Origin: Candidatus Woesearchaeota archaeon
Lineage (GTDB): Archaea; Nanobdellota; Nanobdellia; Woesearchaeales; JAGVZT01
Assembly (NCBI GenBank): GCA_043812815.1
Contig: JBDRLT010000026.1
Coordinates: 1 to 63,332, forward strand
Direction: 5' to 3'
DNA: 63,332 nucleotides
Numbering within the stretch: position 1 is the first letter of the stretch; every line of letters starts with the position of its first letter. Positions 50,017 to 60,077 of this stretch are shown piece by piece. The notes under the pieces are model-generated. The model ran no database searches, was not told the DNA's origin, and was given only the letters and a program-made list of their open reading frames with translations. A program made the position numbers and the translations under genes.

Positions 50017-50373
50017 ATGGAATGCTTATGCACTAGTATGCTTATTGAGGAATGGGTTGACCTTCTGAGAAATTACAAAGGGACTATTGTAGTTGAAGGA
50101 ATTAAGGATCAGCAGGCATTAAGAGAGTTAGGCATTGACTCATTAAGCTTGAAAGGCCCGCTATTTGAATTAGTAGAAAATGTAGCTACTCAAGGCACTA
50201 AGGTTTTGATTCTGACTGACTTGGACAAAGAGGGAAGGAAACTTTATGGCAAATTGAAAAAAGATTTTGTTAGGCATGGAGTGGTTATTGACAGCTTTTT
50301 TAGAGAGTGGTTATTTAAAAATACTAAACTGAGACAGATTGAGGGGCTTGTAACCTATTTGGGGTCACATTGA
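50017..50373 (+). CDS. Small Toprim-domain protein
   Basis: IVVEGIKD and ILTDLDKEG motifs. Confidence 0.88.
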   Translation: MECLCTSMLIEEWVDLLRNYKGTIVVEGIKDQQALRELGIDSLSLKGPLFELVENVATQGTKVLILTDLDKEGRKLYGKLKKDFVRHGVVIDSFFREWLFKNTKLRQIEGLVTYLGSH

Positions 50374-51252
50374 TTCTAAAGCTTTAATCCTTTCCTGAAT
50401 AGGCGGGTGGGTGCTGAAAAGACCTACCAACCATCCTTTTTTCTTAAAGGGGTTAGAGATGTATAGATGGGCTGTTGCATTTGTTGCAGTTGAGAGCTGG
50501 TTATGGTCATTTTCTATTTTTTTCAGGGCGTTTGCCAATCCCTGTGGATAACGGGTAATGAGCGCACCGCTTGCGTCTGCCAGATACTCTCTTTTTCTGG
50601 ATATTGTAAGTTTAATGAGATTGGCTATTATTGGTGCGAGTAGTGCAAGCACAAAGCCGATCACTATTACCACAATCTGCAGATTCCCACGCTCGTCCCT
50701 GTCTTTTGATCTTCTGCCCCATAAAAAGCTTCTTAACATGAAATCGCTCATTAAAGCAACTACTCCTACAAGCACTGCTGCCAGCATCATTGTCCGGATA
50801 TCCAAGTTTTTAATGTGGCTCATCTCATGTGCCACTACACCCTCCAGCTCCTGTCTGTTTAGTTTTTCCACAGCACCTTTAGTTACAGTAATAGAAGCAT
50901 GGTTTGGATCACGGCCAGTGGCAAAAGCATTAATGGCATTATCATTGATAATATATAATGCTGGTTTAGGAATGCCTGCTGCTATTGCTAATCCTTCAAC
51001 TGTGTTAAATAAGTGCGGGTAATCTCTTTTGTCAACAGGTTTTGCTCCAGAGGTCCAAAGGACTATCTTGTCCCCATTGTAATACCCCACAAGTATCCAG
51101 ATGATTGTAAAAACAAAGGCCAATGTCAAACCAATATACCCCAAACCAAATACCAAATCAAAAACCAGGCTTAAAGCCATTATGAGCAGGATAAATAGGA
51201 AAAAGAGCAAATATGTTTTTCTTTTGTTGCTGTCTATCTGTTCATATATCAT
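50365..51252 (-). CDS. htpX: M48 zinc metalloprotease HtpX
   Basis: NAFATG, HEMSH, SRKREYLAD and STHPP motifs. Confidence 0.95.
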   Translation of the reverse strand: MIYEQIDSNKRKTYLLFFLFILLIMALSLVFDLVFGLGYIGLTLAFVFTIIWILVGYYNGDKIVLWTSGAKPVDKRDYPHLFNTVEGLAIAAGIPKPALYIINDNAINAFATGRDPNHASITVTKGAVEKLNRQELEGVVAHEMSHIKNLDIRTMMLAAVLVGVVALMSDFMLRSFLWGRRSKDRDERGNLQIVVIVIGFVLALLAPIIANLIKLTISRKREYLADASGALITRYPQGLANALKKIENDHNQLSTATNATAHLYISNPFKKKGWLVGLFSTHPPIQERIKALESM

Positions 51253-51284
51253 TTTGGCTTATTAATCTGCTTAGGTTTATAAAA

Positions 51285-51416
51285 TTAACTAGCAAAATGC
51301 AAAAATTCGCCACGCACCCTAATGTGGAGATAAAGGCAATTTAGAGCAATCAATCTATTGAGATCTTCCATTCTGTCAAGCTTTTCAGGATTGAAGTTGA
51401 TAAGGTTTTCAATCAT
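51285..51416 (-). CDS. Small ORF (43 aa) or truncated gene
   Basis: ATGA-coupled to the upstream gene; MIENLINFNPEKLDRMEDL... Confidence 0.3.
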   Translation of the reverse strand: MIENLINFNPEKLDRMEDLNRLIALNCLYLHIRVRGEFLHFAS

Positions 51417-51952
51417 TTGGCAGGCTCACTCCACAGTGTTATCAGGCCAGGAAATCTCCTATAAACCATGAAAAAAGGGGTTTCAGGAATCACAACAATT
51501 AAGCTTTCTTTGATATTCTTGTAAACAAAACCTGGGCCTTCAGCATTAACTGCATCACTGAATTCATCTGTTATGGGCCGGCTACCGAAGAGTGCAGCAT
51601 CTGCTATGAATATTTTATAATTACCCACGAGGTTGGCTGCAAGGCTTCCAGCTTGATAATCTGTGTTGATAAGATCAATCTTTTCTTGGTCAATTTCCAG
51701 GAAATCATTAAAACTCAGACCATTGAGGTGCAGTCCATCAATGATAACACCATCTTTTTGCCTGAGGAAAAGGCTTGAAGAATTGCTGTAGTGCCTTTGG
51801 AGATCCTGCAAATCCAGATACGAGAATAAAAGTATCAAGGAAGCGACAATCAGAACAATAAAGATTAATGTTGCTACGGCCTTAAGCAGCCTTTTTATTA
51901 GTAAGATTACTACAACAATTACCAACAATATAATTAATGGCGCAATGCTCAT
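51413..51952 (-). CDS. Membrane-anchored hypothetical protein
   Basis: Two N-terminal TM helices; coupled operon. Confidence 0.7.
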   Translation of the reverse strand: MSIAPLIILLVIVVVILLIKRLLKAVATLIFIVLIVASLILLFSYLDLQDLQRHYSNSSSLFLRQKDGVIIDGLHLNGLSFNDFLEIDQEKIDLINTDYQAGSLAANLVGNYKIFIADAALFGSRPITDEFSDAVNAEGPGFVYKNIKESLIVVIPETPFFMVYRRFPGLITLWSEPAK

Positions 51953-52626
51953 ATTATCTCTAAAGCTGCTGGCAAACTCACTTCACTCTCTAAAACTGTC
52001 CGTACAACCAAATTCGCGTAATCTATTGTCTTTGTTACACCATTTTCAACATACTGCTTTCTAAGTGGTAAACCATAATACTCCCAGAGCCAAAGCTTGG
52101 TTGGCATATTATCCCAAACATAGCTTACAACTGCTGTGGCTCTGTTGTCAATTTGGGTTCTTTCAGTTATTTCTCCAACAGTAAGTTTTTCGATAATCCC
52201 AAGGGGTGTTTCTGTTGTTTTGTATTTATTGTAGCTTGCTTCCATAGCTGTTTTCTTGCCATCGCAGTCAGTATCCTTGGCACATGCCAAGTATGCTATC
52301 TGTTTTTCGTCATCCAAATAAATGTCAAAATACCAATAGTCATTGTGTTTTTGCCTTTGGGAAAATGAGATCTTGGTTTTTGCACCGCTCACTTTGTAGA
52401 AAGCTACCTGCTCTGTACTTTTGAGATTGTACTCCATGCCCTTCACTTTGTCAGCTTTGGCTATTAATGCTTTGAGCTCGGAGTTCATTTGGGGTTGAAC
52501 AAGCACAGGCTCGGTAATATTCACCAGGGGTTCTGGCTCAGGTTCAGTTTCAACTATTGGGATGTCAGCCTGTTCAGTACAACTTACGAGAATCATTGCT
52601 ACTATGATTAACAAAAAAACCTTCAT
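51949..52626 (-). CDS. Putative lipoprotein (LolA-like beta-rich pattern)
   Basis: Signal peptide with LVSC lipobox; LWLWEYYGLPLR. Confidence 0.7.
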   Translation of the reverse strand: MKVFLLIIVAMILVSCTEQADIPIVETEPEPEPLVNITEPVLVQPQMNSELKALIAKADKVKGMEYNLKSTEQVAFYKVSGAKTKISFSQRQKHNDYWYFDIYLDDEKQIAYLACAKDTDCDGKKTAMEASYNKYKTTETPLGIIEKLTVGEITERTQIDNRATAVVSYVWDNMPTKLWLWEYYGLPLRKQYVENGVTKTIDYANLVVRTVLESEVSLPAALEII

Positions 52627-52662
52627 TTAACCACCCCGGGTTAAGTTATAAACAGAGGATAT

Positions 52663-53352
52663 TTAAATGTTTCTACAGACGACAGGGCATGCTGTACAGC
52701 TGGGGTTTTTGGTACAGTAGGTTTTGGAAAGCTGAATAATTAGTGCGTGGTATTCGTTGAAGAGGCTATGGCTGAGCGGCAGTCTCATGAAAAGGCTCTG
52801 CACTGTGGCATAATCAGCATTTTCCTTAGTAAAGCCTACTCTACTGGCTACTCTTTTGGTATAAGCATCTACTACAAATATGGGCTGTTTGTAGGCATAC
52901 AACAGTATTGAATCAGCTGTTTCAGGCCCTATGCCCCATACTTCCAAGAGTTCTTGTCTTGGAGGGATTCTGCCTTCTAGTCTGAGATAAAACCTGGAAA
53001 ATTCCTTTAACTTCCTGGTCTTCTGGCGAAAGTAGCCTGCAGGTTTGATAACATTATGCAGTTTCTCTTCCTTTGTCATGAGGATTTTCCTGGGGCTGAG
53101 CAGTTTGTTTTTTTGCAGTTCAAGAAGGGCTTTGGAAGCCTGGTTCCAGGAGGTGTTTTGGGTGAGGATGGCTCCAGCACAGATTTCAAATTGCTGAGCA
53201 GAGTTTTTTGGGAAAGAGTAATCAGCTGGATGGTAGCCGTCATAGTGGCTGTTCCCTGGCTTAAAAGTGACATCGCCTAGCTCAAGAAGAGGCCACCAGC
53301 CCTGATGGCCGAATTTGATTAACAACTTATTGTATAATTCAAGTAAGTCCAT
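52663..53352 (-). CDS. Endonuclease III-related HhH-GPD DNA glycosylase
   Basis: GAILTQNTSW, GIGPETADSILLYA, VVDAYT and YC..NPSC..CP motifs. Confidence 0.9.
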   Translation of the reverse strand: MDLLELYNKLLIKFGHQGWWPLLELGDVTFKPGNSHYDGYHPADYSFPKNSAQQFEICAGAILTQNTSWNQASKALLELQKNKLLSPRKILMTKEEKLHNVIKPAGYFRQKTRKLKEFSRFYLRLEGRIPPRQELLEVWGIGPETADSILLYAYKQPIFVVDAYTKRVASRVGFTKENADYATVQSLFMRLPLSHSLFNEYHALIIQLSKTYCTKNPSCTACPVVCRNI

Positions 53353-53353
53353 T

Positions 53354-53989
53354 TTAGGGTACTTCGACAATTGTGGCACGGGCTAGCCAGCTTTTCCATG
53401 GGATCTCGCCAAAAGCGCAATCCTTGCATGTCCAATCCAGGTAGATATAATTATTGTTCTGATATTTCTTTGGAGCATCAAGCTTTATTCTTATATAAGC
53501 GTGATTCTGGATTAAGACGAGCTGGGCATCAATGCCAATTGCCTCCTCAAGGGAAGCCAGTAGAATAGAGCCAGATTCGCAATCTGCAGCGCCTGAAGCC
53601 AGGACCTCTGCAGGCGGTTCAATATATTCCTGTTCCAGTGGATCTGCCACGTATTGGATATTGTCACGCACAAAATAATAAAGCGCCTTAGCATAACAGA
53701 GAGGGTTTGGACTGCAACTTAATGTAACAATCTTATTGGCTGCAAATTTGATTTGCGGGTCTGAGGGCATCACAAATTGGCTGATATGCGTAATATCTTG
53801 AGAATGGTTACCTTCTAAAGAGATATTGAACGCCAGCGCTGTCAGTACAGGGATGTTTCGTGGTTCAGGATCCAGCCTGACTGAATAATAAGGAATAACT
53901 GTGGCTATTATCAATACCAATAATATAACAGCGATAATAATTCTAATAGGAGTCCAGAGTGGATTTGGCAATTCTTCTTCCATAAACAA
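53354..53989 (-). CDS. Membrane-anchored transglutaminase-like protein
   Basis: N-terminal TM; DCE...HAY...LD catalytic triad pattern. Confidence 0.85.
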   Translation of the reverse strand: MFMEEELPNPLWTPIRIIIAVILLVLIIATVIPYYSVRLDPEPRNIPVLTALAFNISLEGNHSQDITHISQFVMPSDPQIKFAANKIVTLSCSPNPLCYAKALYYFVRDNIQYVADPLEQEYIEPPAEVLASGAADCESGSILLASLEEAIGIDAQLVLIQNHAYIRIKLDAPKKYQNNNYIYLDWTCKDCAFGEIPWKSWLARATIVEVP

Positions 53990-54018
53990 AATATAATATA
54001 AGAAATTAATAAGCTTTC

Positions 54019-55512
54019 CTACTTGATTTCTTGATAGTGCTTGTTCAGGTGGTGCTCTACAATAATCTCATCCCAGCCGTGCTTAAGAAGTTTGCTCCGG
54101 ACTATATGCCGTTTATGGCCTTTGGCTTTAACATGCCTGATATACTGATCCAATGGATGTTCCTTCTTTTTTGCTGGCATGTATTTGACTGTCATAAAGA
54201 CAATCAATCCTATTACTATGCCTATCATTACAATCAACATAAAAAGGCTACTGCCTGATTTTTTTGCTGGTGTACTTGGCGTAGTGACTGTCTGCGCTGC
54301 GGGCTGTTTTGCTGCTGGTTCAGGAGTTATCTCTTCTTCCACCGCAGGGGTTTCAACAACAGAGCCAGTCGGAGTATACGCGCCTTTCTTAGCAGTCATT
54401 GCGAACACTGAGAACCATGGACTGGTTGCCTCAAATTCATAGAAAGCTGTCTTCTCAGTACCCATTGAGGTGGATAGCTCTTCCCATTTGCCATCTACAT
54501 ACCTTTTCAATACTACTGATGCTGGATTGAGACCATTGGCTTCAAACCATGATTTTGGAATCTGGAAATTGAAGGTCACTTCGCTCACATCTGCTATGGT
54601 GAAACCGCTTGGCTCAATTGACAAGTATTTGTATACTAAACCATCGGCTGTTGAAATGGCTAGCGAGGCTCCAAATGGCTTGACTGTCTCATACACATTA
54701 ATCCTAGCATTACTGATATCATTGAGGGCATTGATCATGATTTGCTGTATGCCCAATTTGGTGTCTGTAAAGCCGAAAATCCCTTTTGATCCGCGTGGTA
54801 CAGAGGAAAGTTTAACAAGCTGTGTTGGAACAGTTGTTTTAATCCCGCCTCCTCCTGAACTTGTTCTGACATACTGCACAGTAAAGAAAGATGATTGGGT
54901 CTTTGAATAAGTGTGGCTGGTGCTGCCTTGTTTCGCATTAACATCCAATTTCACACTGTATTCTGTATTAGCTGCTACATCTGGGGTTGTCCACGTTACA
55001 TTGTAGTCCAGCTCGTAACCCCAGGCTGAGGCATTATTTGTAAAACCATAGCCATAGCCAAATTCCACATATTCATACTCATTGCTGGTGTTTGTGCCAT
55101 TGCCTGACAGGAAGCCGTAGCCATAGCCAGCAGGGACATTTCTGTTCTTGGTGATTGTTACCGAGTTGCAGAGTGTTCCGCTAATCTCTGTGCCGTTGGT
55201 GTAAAAGGTGCAGCTGCTTGATCCCACATACAATGTTAAATTTGTTACAGGAATGCGTTCTGCTGAAATCATGTCTGCATATATCCTAAAAGTGACATCT
55301 GTTTGCTCATTTGGAGTTGTGTCGCTCCTGTCAGTGAAGCCAATGGTTATTGCTTCTGCGCTTCCAGAAAATAACAATACCACTATAATAAGAGCTGTTA
55401 AGATTAAGCCAGCAAAATCCTGCTTTTTCGCTGCCCTACTGTTATTGAGTACTCTAAATACCTCTTTTTTGGTCATTTTGCTAGTATGTTTCATGTATGC
55501 GATATATATCAT
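54019..55512 (-). CDS. Cell-surface protein with a PGF-pre-PGF domain and GYGYG motifs
   Basis: Signal segment; GYGYG twice; VYKYL...F.IPKSW...SPWFSVFA; C-terminal TM. Confidence 0.75.
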   Translation of the reverse strand: MIYIAYMKHTSKMTKKEVFRVLNNSRAAKKQDFAGLILTALIIVVLLFSGSAEAITIGFTDRSDTTPNEQTDVTFRIYADMISAERIPVTNLTLYVGSSSCTFYTNGTEISGTLCNSVTITKNRNVPAGYGYGFLSGNGTNTSNEYEYVEFGYGYGFTNNASAWGYELDYNVTWTTPDVAANTEYSVKLDVNAKQGSTSHTYSKTQSSFFTVQYVRTSSGGGGIKTTVPTQLVKLSSVPRGSKGIFGFTDTKLGIQQIMINALNDISNARINVYETVKPFGASLAISTADGLVYKYLSIEPSGFTIADVSEVTFNFQIPKSWFEANGLNPASVVLKRYVDGKWEELSTSMGTEKTAFYEFEATSPWFSVFAMTAKKGAYTPTGSVVETPAVEEEITPEPAAKQPAAQTVTTPSTPAKKSGSSLFMLIVMIGIVIGLIVFMTVKYMPAKKKEHPLDQYIRHVKAKGHKRHIVRSKLLKHGWDEIIVEHHLNKHYQEIK

Positions 55513-55528
55513 ATATAAACTTTGTTTA

Positions 55529-57367
55529 TTACTTTTGAGTGGGTTTTAGTATCACTTTCGCCAAGAGATAGACAAAAGCCAATATAGAGATTATATATCC
55601 GAGGACTCTGAGTCTGAAGGGCTTGAATTCTAGTTCGGCTGCAGTGCTGTTGTAAATGTCTATTGGATAGCCTGGAAGTGGTTTATTATTGCCTAGCTCC
55701 CAACCAGGATTATAGGGTTCAGTGAAGATTAGGTATCTTTTGTTTGAGTTTATGGTGTATTTAATGGGTGAGTGCATGGTGTAGTTGAGAGGCGTATATG
55801 TCTGCAAATTGGCTGATTGGTAGAATTTTGACACATTATGCAGATTCATGAAGAGGTAAAGGTTCTGGGTTTCATTGATTAGGATTAGATCAGATTGGTT
55901 GAAGAGCAGTGCGTACTGTTTGTAATCGACTTCTTTGGCTAAGATGACATATTTTATATTGAATAATTTTAAGGATTTTCCTAATGTGGTGGCGTTTGAT
56001 CTTATTGCTTCTTCTATGGATTTTGAAAGGGGATTTGCTGATTGAGAGTAGATATTGCCTAGCTCTACATTGTCTCCTTGGATTATTGGCCTGTCGAAGA
56101 AGTTTTTAGCTGGATTAGCCATTCTTTTGTCCTGGTTGGGGTTGAATTTGAAGTCCATGTACATGTGCCAGGGCAGGAAGAGCACATTGAAGTCTTGCTT
56201 GTCTTGGTTTAACTGAGCATTGATTGCATACCAGTCAGCCGGATAATTTCCTGGCTTGAGCTGCCCCCAGAATGAGAAGAACATAGTTGGTGTGTAAAGG
56301 ATGGGTAAGGCTAGTATTAATAATGTGACTACTCTTACTTTATTGGTGTTTACGCGTTTTAATATGCTGTCAACACCATATCCTCCGAAATAGGCATAGG
56401 CAAACGCTATCAAGGCGACAAATTTCTGGGGTTCTCTGAAGACTTTCATGAGGATTATGTTGTTAAAGAGGAAAAGGTAGAAGTCTTGCAAGGGAGTGTA
56501 GGTTATGCCAATTCCAAGGAGAATGGCTAGTAATGCTGCCAGTGCTATTGGTGCCTTGTATTTGTTTTTGCATGCTAAGTAGCCTCTTATTGCCAAATAT
56601 AGAATAACTGCGAAAAGTAGGAAATATGGTACGAAGGGAATAATATTTCTTGGCTGGAGGTAGGCAGGGTTCCGCCAGAAGCCGTAGAGCATGGCGCTGT
56701 TGGTTATGACGTTTATATTCCCTATCTGGGTTGAGTATGCCCGAAGGTCGTCTACGGTTATCTGGCTTACTGCTGTCCTTGTTGTTAGTGCCGGCAATAT
56801 CCAATAGCTGCTTGCTAACAGAAAGATGATGGCCATGGCTGGCTTGTTGAAGCCTTTGAATCTGGTGCAGAGTAGAATTATGGCGAATAATGATAGAATT
56901 AAAATTAGGAAGTGCAAGCTGAAGATACCTATAATTAAGACCAATAAGCAGAATTTTTCTGGTTTTTTGTCAAAGATGGCTTTGACTGCAAATGGGAAGA
57001 CTGAGTATGCCAATAGATGACCGATGTGGCCTGCCATGAATCTTGAGTAGACCCATGGGTTGAGCATGTAGAGCAAACCTGCGTAGATGCTTGATGTTTT
57101 TTTACCTGTTAGACAGTACATTGAGTAGCCTGAGAGAAAGAAGATGCTGAAGAAGATTAGTTTTTGGATGAGGTTGGTGGAGAGGAAAATGTTAAGGATT
57201 CTGATTACAAAGGAGAAGATTATGCTTGGTGTTGGTGCTGTGAAACCATAGAAGATGTTTTCTATTTTTATATTGGGCGTTATCACATAGTCCAAAAGGA
57301 AAACATAATTGGCTAGTAATGGCGCTATTATTATAAACGAGATCAGTGCGAAGATTAATGGCCGCAT
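55529..57367 (-). CDS. Multi-pass GT-C/YfhO-like membrane protein (probable glycosyltransferase)
   Basis: Many TMs; YMLNPWVYSRF.AGH, FREPQKF and TEPYNPGW motifs; C-terminal TM. Confidence 0.65.
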   Translation of the reverse strand: MRPLIFALISFIIIAPLLANYVFLLDYVITPNIKIENIFYGFTAPTPSIIFSFVIRILNIFLSTNLIQKLIFFSIFFLSGYSMYCLTGKKTSSIYAGLLYMLNPWVYSRFMAGHIGHLLAYSVFPFAVKAIFDKKPEKFCLLVLIIGIFSLHFLILILSLFAIILLCTRFKGFNKPAMAIIFLLASSYWILPALTTRTAVSQITVDDLRAYSTQIGNINVITNSAMLYGFWRNPAYLQPRNIIPFVPYFLLFAVILYLAIRGYLACKNKYKAPIALAALLAILLGIGITYTPLQDFYLFLFNNIILMKVFREPQKFVALIAFAYAYFGGYGVDSILKRVNTNKVRVVTLLILALPILYTPTMFFSFWGQLKPGNYPADWYAINAQLNQDKQDFNVLFLPWHMYMDFKFNPNQDKRMANPAKNFFDRPIIQGDNVELGNIYSQSANPLSKSIEEAIRSNATTLGKSLKLFNIKYVILAKEVDYKQYALLFNQSDLILINETQNLYLFMNLHNVSKFYQSANLQTYTPLNYTMHSPIKYTINSNKRYLIFTEPYNPGWELGNNKPLPGYPIDIYNSTAAELEFKPFRLRVLGYIISILAFVYLLAKVILKPTQK

Positions 57368-57440
57368 ATGGTTAAAATGGCTCTGAGTATTTTAAACCTT
57401 GTGGGAAAGGTTTTTATATGGCTTTTAAAGCTCTGGAGCT

Positions 57441-57983
57441 ATGGCTGATAAAAGCTTGAAGCAGTATAGCGTGCTTTTGTTTATGTATGTATTTTTGATA
57501 ATTGTGATGGCTCTTTGTGAAATGGGGAAATATAGTATTGAGGCTGCTTCTGTTGGGTTTTTGATAGCTGGGCTGGTATTCCTGTTTCTAAAGATTGATG
57601 CACGTTTTTTGGTTATGTGTGCGTTGCTTTGCCTGGGGTATTGCCCGTTTCTGATTGCTGCTGGCTTGTCAGCTGAGAATATTGCAATTTATGCCTATTA
57701 TTTTCTTGTTGTGAGTGTCTTAGTGCAGATTGGTGAGTTTGTCAAGAAGTATAAGGTTGCTTTGGATTTTGAGGAGGTTATGAAGAAGGTGTTGTTGAAG
57801 GATATGTTTTGGGAGGCGAACAAGCTGCTGCTTGCGGTTACAGTTGTGCTTTGGATTGTTAATTACAAGAATCCTTTTGTTGCTATGATCTGGAAGTATC
57901 AGGCATTGTATTTGCTTGTTGTTGTTTCTTTGTTTAATGGGTTGTCTAAGTGGTTGAAGAAGGACCAGAAGCTGTTAGGGTGA
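57441..57983 (+). CDS. Membrane protein
   Basis: About six TM; AENIAIYAYYFLVV. Confidence 0.7.
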   Translation: MADKSLKQYSVLLFMYVFLIIVMALCEMGKYSIEAASVGFLIAGLVFLFLKIDARFLVMCALLCLGYCPFLIAAGLSAENIAIYAYYFLVVSVLVQIGEFVKKYKVALDFEEVMKKVLLKDMFWEANKLLLAVTVVLWIVNYKNPFVAMIWKYQALYLLVVVSLFNGLSKWLKKDQKLLG

Positions 57984-58149
57984 ATATTGCTTAGTTCAAG
58001 GAATTTTGGAAGTCCTCAGAAAATTGATGTGGACTCTTACCTCGAAAATAGTGGGATGTGGCTTGTGAACATTTGGCTAAAAATAATATCAATTATTTCA
58101 GGCAAAAAGTATCTGGACAAAAATAGAGATTGTTACCTCGCGTATTTTC

Positions 58150-58608
58150 TTATAGAATTGCAAAAATATGCTTGAAGAATGTCCTTGCGTGTTCCATACT
58201 CTCTTTTGCTGGTTCTTTGTTTGCTTGGGGCATTGTCCTGTAAGTAAATTCTCCTCGCTTTTTCTTCTCCTCTTTGAAAAGTCCAAGCAGGTATTCTGCT
58301 CTAACTAATGCTTCTCGGTATATTTTGAGGAGTTCAACATCCAGTTCTCCACTTTCAACAAAATTTCTGAATTCTGCAAATACCTTTTTATGTTCTTCTG
58401 GAGCAGAAACATCAATTCCTTTCTTTGCAAGATATGCTTTTGCGCCATAGAATATACTGTAATAGCTATGTGCAATAACTGCACTGTAATATGTCTCAGG
58501 ATCATTGACTCTGAATGTCTCTTTTTGTATGGTTGGGTCTTCACTAATTGCCAAAATTATGCCTGCTATCTCGTTTTCTGCCCTATGAATATACAATTTT
58601 GAATCCAT
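58150..58608 (-). CDS. HEPN-domain protein (toxin of an MNT-HEPN module)
   Basis: HSYYSIFYGAKAYL, EEHK and RGEFTY motifs; overlaps the MNT gene. Confidence 0.88.
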   Translation of the reverse strand: MDSKLYIHRAENEIAGIILAISEDPTIQKETFRVNDPETYYSAVIAHSYYSIFYGAKAYLAKKGIDVSAPEEHKKVFAEFRNFVESGELDVELLKIYREALVRAEYLLGLFKEEKKKRGEFTYRTMPQANKEPAKESMEHARTFFKHIFAIL

Positions 58609-59209
58609 TATTTATCCCCTCCTGAAGTATTGAATAAAATATCATTGGATTATGAACTGCAAGATGCTTATATGCTATCTGTTTTCCTAAATTTTCGTGT
58701 TTATCTTTTAACATCTGAAGCATTTCATCTTTTGTAATGACATGAGCATCAATCTTTAAGATAGATTTTAGTTCAGCGGACTTCATAGATAACTCACAAT
58801 TCTTTTTATCTTCTGCGGAATTTACAAGGATTGCAATATCTAAATCTGATTTTTCTTTTTGCCTTCCCTCAGCATATGAGCCAAAGATAACAAGAGATAT
58901 GAATTCAGTATTTGATAATTCTTCTCTGATAATTTTCAGACTGCTTTTAACAAGAGCAGATATTTTCTCTTTTATCAATATATCAAAATAAGAAAAAACA
59001 ACGCTATTCTCCAAATTTAGGGAATACAGCAGGATATTCCCGACTTTTCTTTTTTTAATAAGAGTTTCTGCGAGAAATTTCACCACTGCTTTTTGAATGA
59101 TTGAATTTGATTTTTCTTTTGAATAGTCTTTTATCTCTTTGTAGGTAAGTTCTTTGTAGGGTTTTCTTAAAAATGCTTCAAATATCCTAATCTGTTTTGG
59201 GGTTAACAT
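58583..59209 (-). CDS. wHTH plus minimal nucleotidyltransferase (MNT antitoxin)
   Basis: FGSYAEG...SDLDI motif; N-terminal wHTH. Confidence 0.9.
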   Translation of the reverse strand: MLTPKQIRIFEAFLRKPYKELTYKEIKDYSKEKSNSIIQKAVVKFLAETLIKKRKVGNILLYSLNLENSVVFSYFDILIKEKISALVKSSLKIIREELSNTEFISLVIFGSYAEGRQKEKSDLDIAILVNSAEDKKNCELSMKSAELKSILKIDAHVITKDEMLQMLKDKHENLGKQIAYKHLAVHNPMIFYSILQEGINNGFKIVYS

Positions 59210-59236
59210 CTAAAATACCTTTTTTATAGTATAATC

Positions 59237-59254
59237 ATACCTAAATTAAGGTAT
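59237..59254. promoter_or_regulatory. Palindromic operator in the MNT-HEPN promoter
   Basis: ATACCT-AAATTA-AGGTAT next to BRE/TATA GAAAGATTTATATA on the minus strand. Confidence 0.5.
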
Positions 59255-59335
59255 TATATAAATCTTTCGATGTTTTGAGCAAATACTGGTTTTTGTTACA
59301 TCTCCTGTTTGAAAATAGTAATCAAACCGAATCAT
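59246..59335 (-). pseudogene. Probable truncated HEPN N-terminus
   Basis: ATGA-coupled to the upstream MNT; MIRFDYYFQTGDVTKTS then runs into the promoter of the next module. Confidence 0.55.
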
Positions 59336-59850
59336 ACTGCTAATACTCCGTAGAGGACTATGCCGTTTATGAGGTTGTTGAAGAATTCTTCACTTAGTTT
59401 TTCTCTAGAGGTTAGGGTCAAATGGATCTTTCTATGCAATTGTTTCTCAAATTTTTCCAAATTAATAAGCTGCTGGTTTTTATTGAAGATCACTAGGTCT
59501 ATATCTGATTTTTCTATATCTTCTCCTCTTCCATAGCTGCCAATAAGGGATATTAGTTGTGGGTTGTATTTTTCAGTCAGAAACTCAATTAATCCTGTGC
59601 TGTATATCATTTCAATATTATGCAGTTTTTTGCTTATTAAGGTTTTACCTTCAAGATTCAGCGTAATTTCGGTGACAAAGCCTTTTTTTTCAAGCTTGAC
59701 AGTATTATTTTTAGATAGTTCACTGATTATTGTTAAGATGGTATTTGGATTCAGCTTAGTTCTTCTTGCTAGCTCCCTGACATGGAATCTGTAGGTTGGG
59801 GCCTTGTATAGTTCATGGAGTACCTTATTGGTGTTCTGGAGATGAGGCAT
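59332..59850 (-). CDS. wHTH plus minimal nucleotidyltransferase (MNT)
   Basis: HVRELARR HTH; GSYGRGED...SDIDL motif; TGTATAA-TTAG-TTATACA palindrome at the start. Confidence 0.9.
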   Translation of the reverse strand: MPHLQNTNKVLHELYKAPTYRFHVRELARRTKLNPNTILTIISELSKNNTVKLEKKGFVTEITLNLEGKTLISKKLHNIEMIYSTGLIEFLTEKYNPQLISLIGSYGRGEDIEKSDIDLVIFNKNQQLINLEKFEKQLHRKIHLTLTSREKLSEEFFNNLINGIVLYGVLAV

Positions 59851-59876
59851 GTATAATTAGTTATACAGTTGTATAT

Positions 59877-60077
59877 TTAAATCTTGTGCTTCCAGTAATA
59901 GATTAAGTAACCAATACAAGAGAAAAGGGTTATTAATGAGATTATTCCACCAAGATAGAAGTAGGATTGTGGTCTGAAATATAATGTTATTGTACATTCA
60001 GTGCAGTTTTCTATTTTGTAGCCGTTTGCCCAGCCGTTGATTTTGAATGGTTCTGTTCTTCTTTCATTAATTGAAGA
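59877..60077 (-). pseudogene. Orphaned C-terminal fragment of a YfhO-like membrane protein
   Basis: No start codon; ...FKINGWANGYKI...LYFRPQSYFYLGGIISLITLFSCIGYLIYYWKHKI*. Confidence 0.6.

Noticed and set aside
57987-58175. 62-aa ORF between the membrane gene and HEPN
   Set aside because: TTG start without SD or promoter, no recognisable motif; at most a remnant
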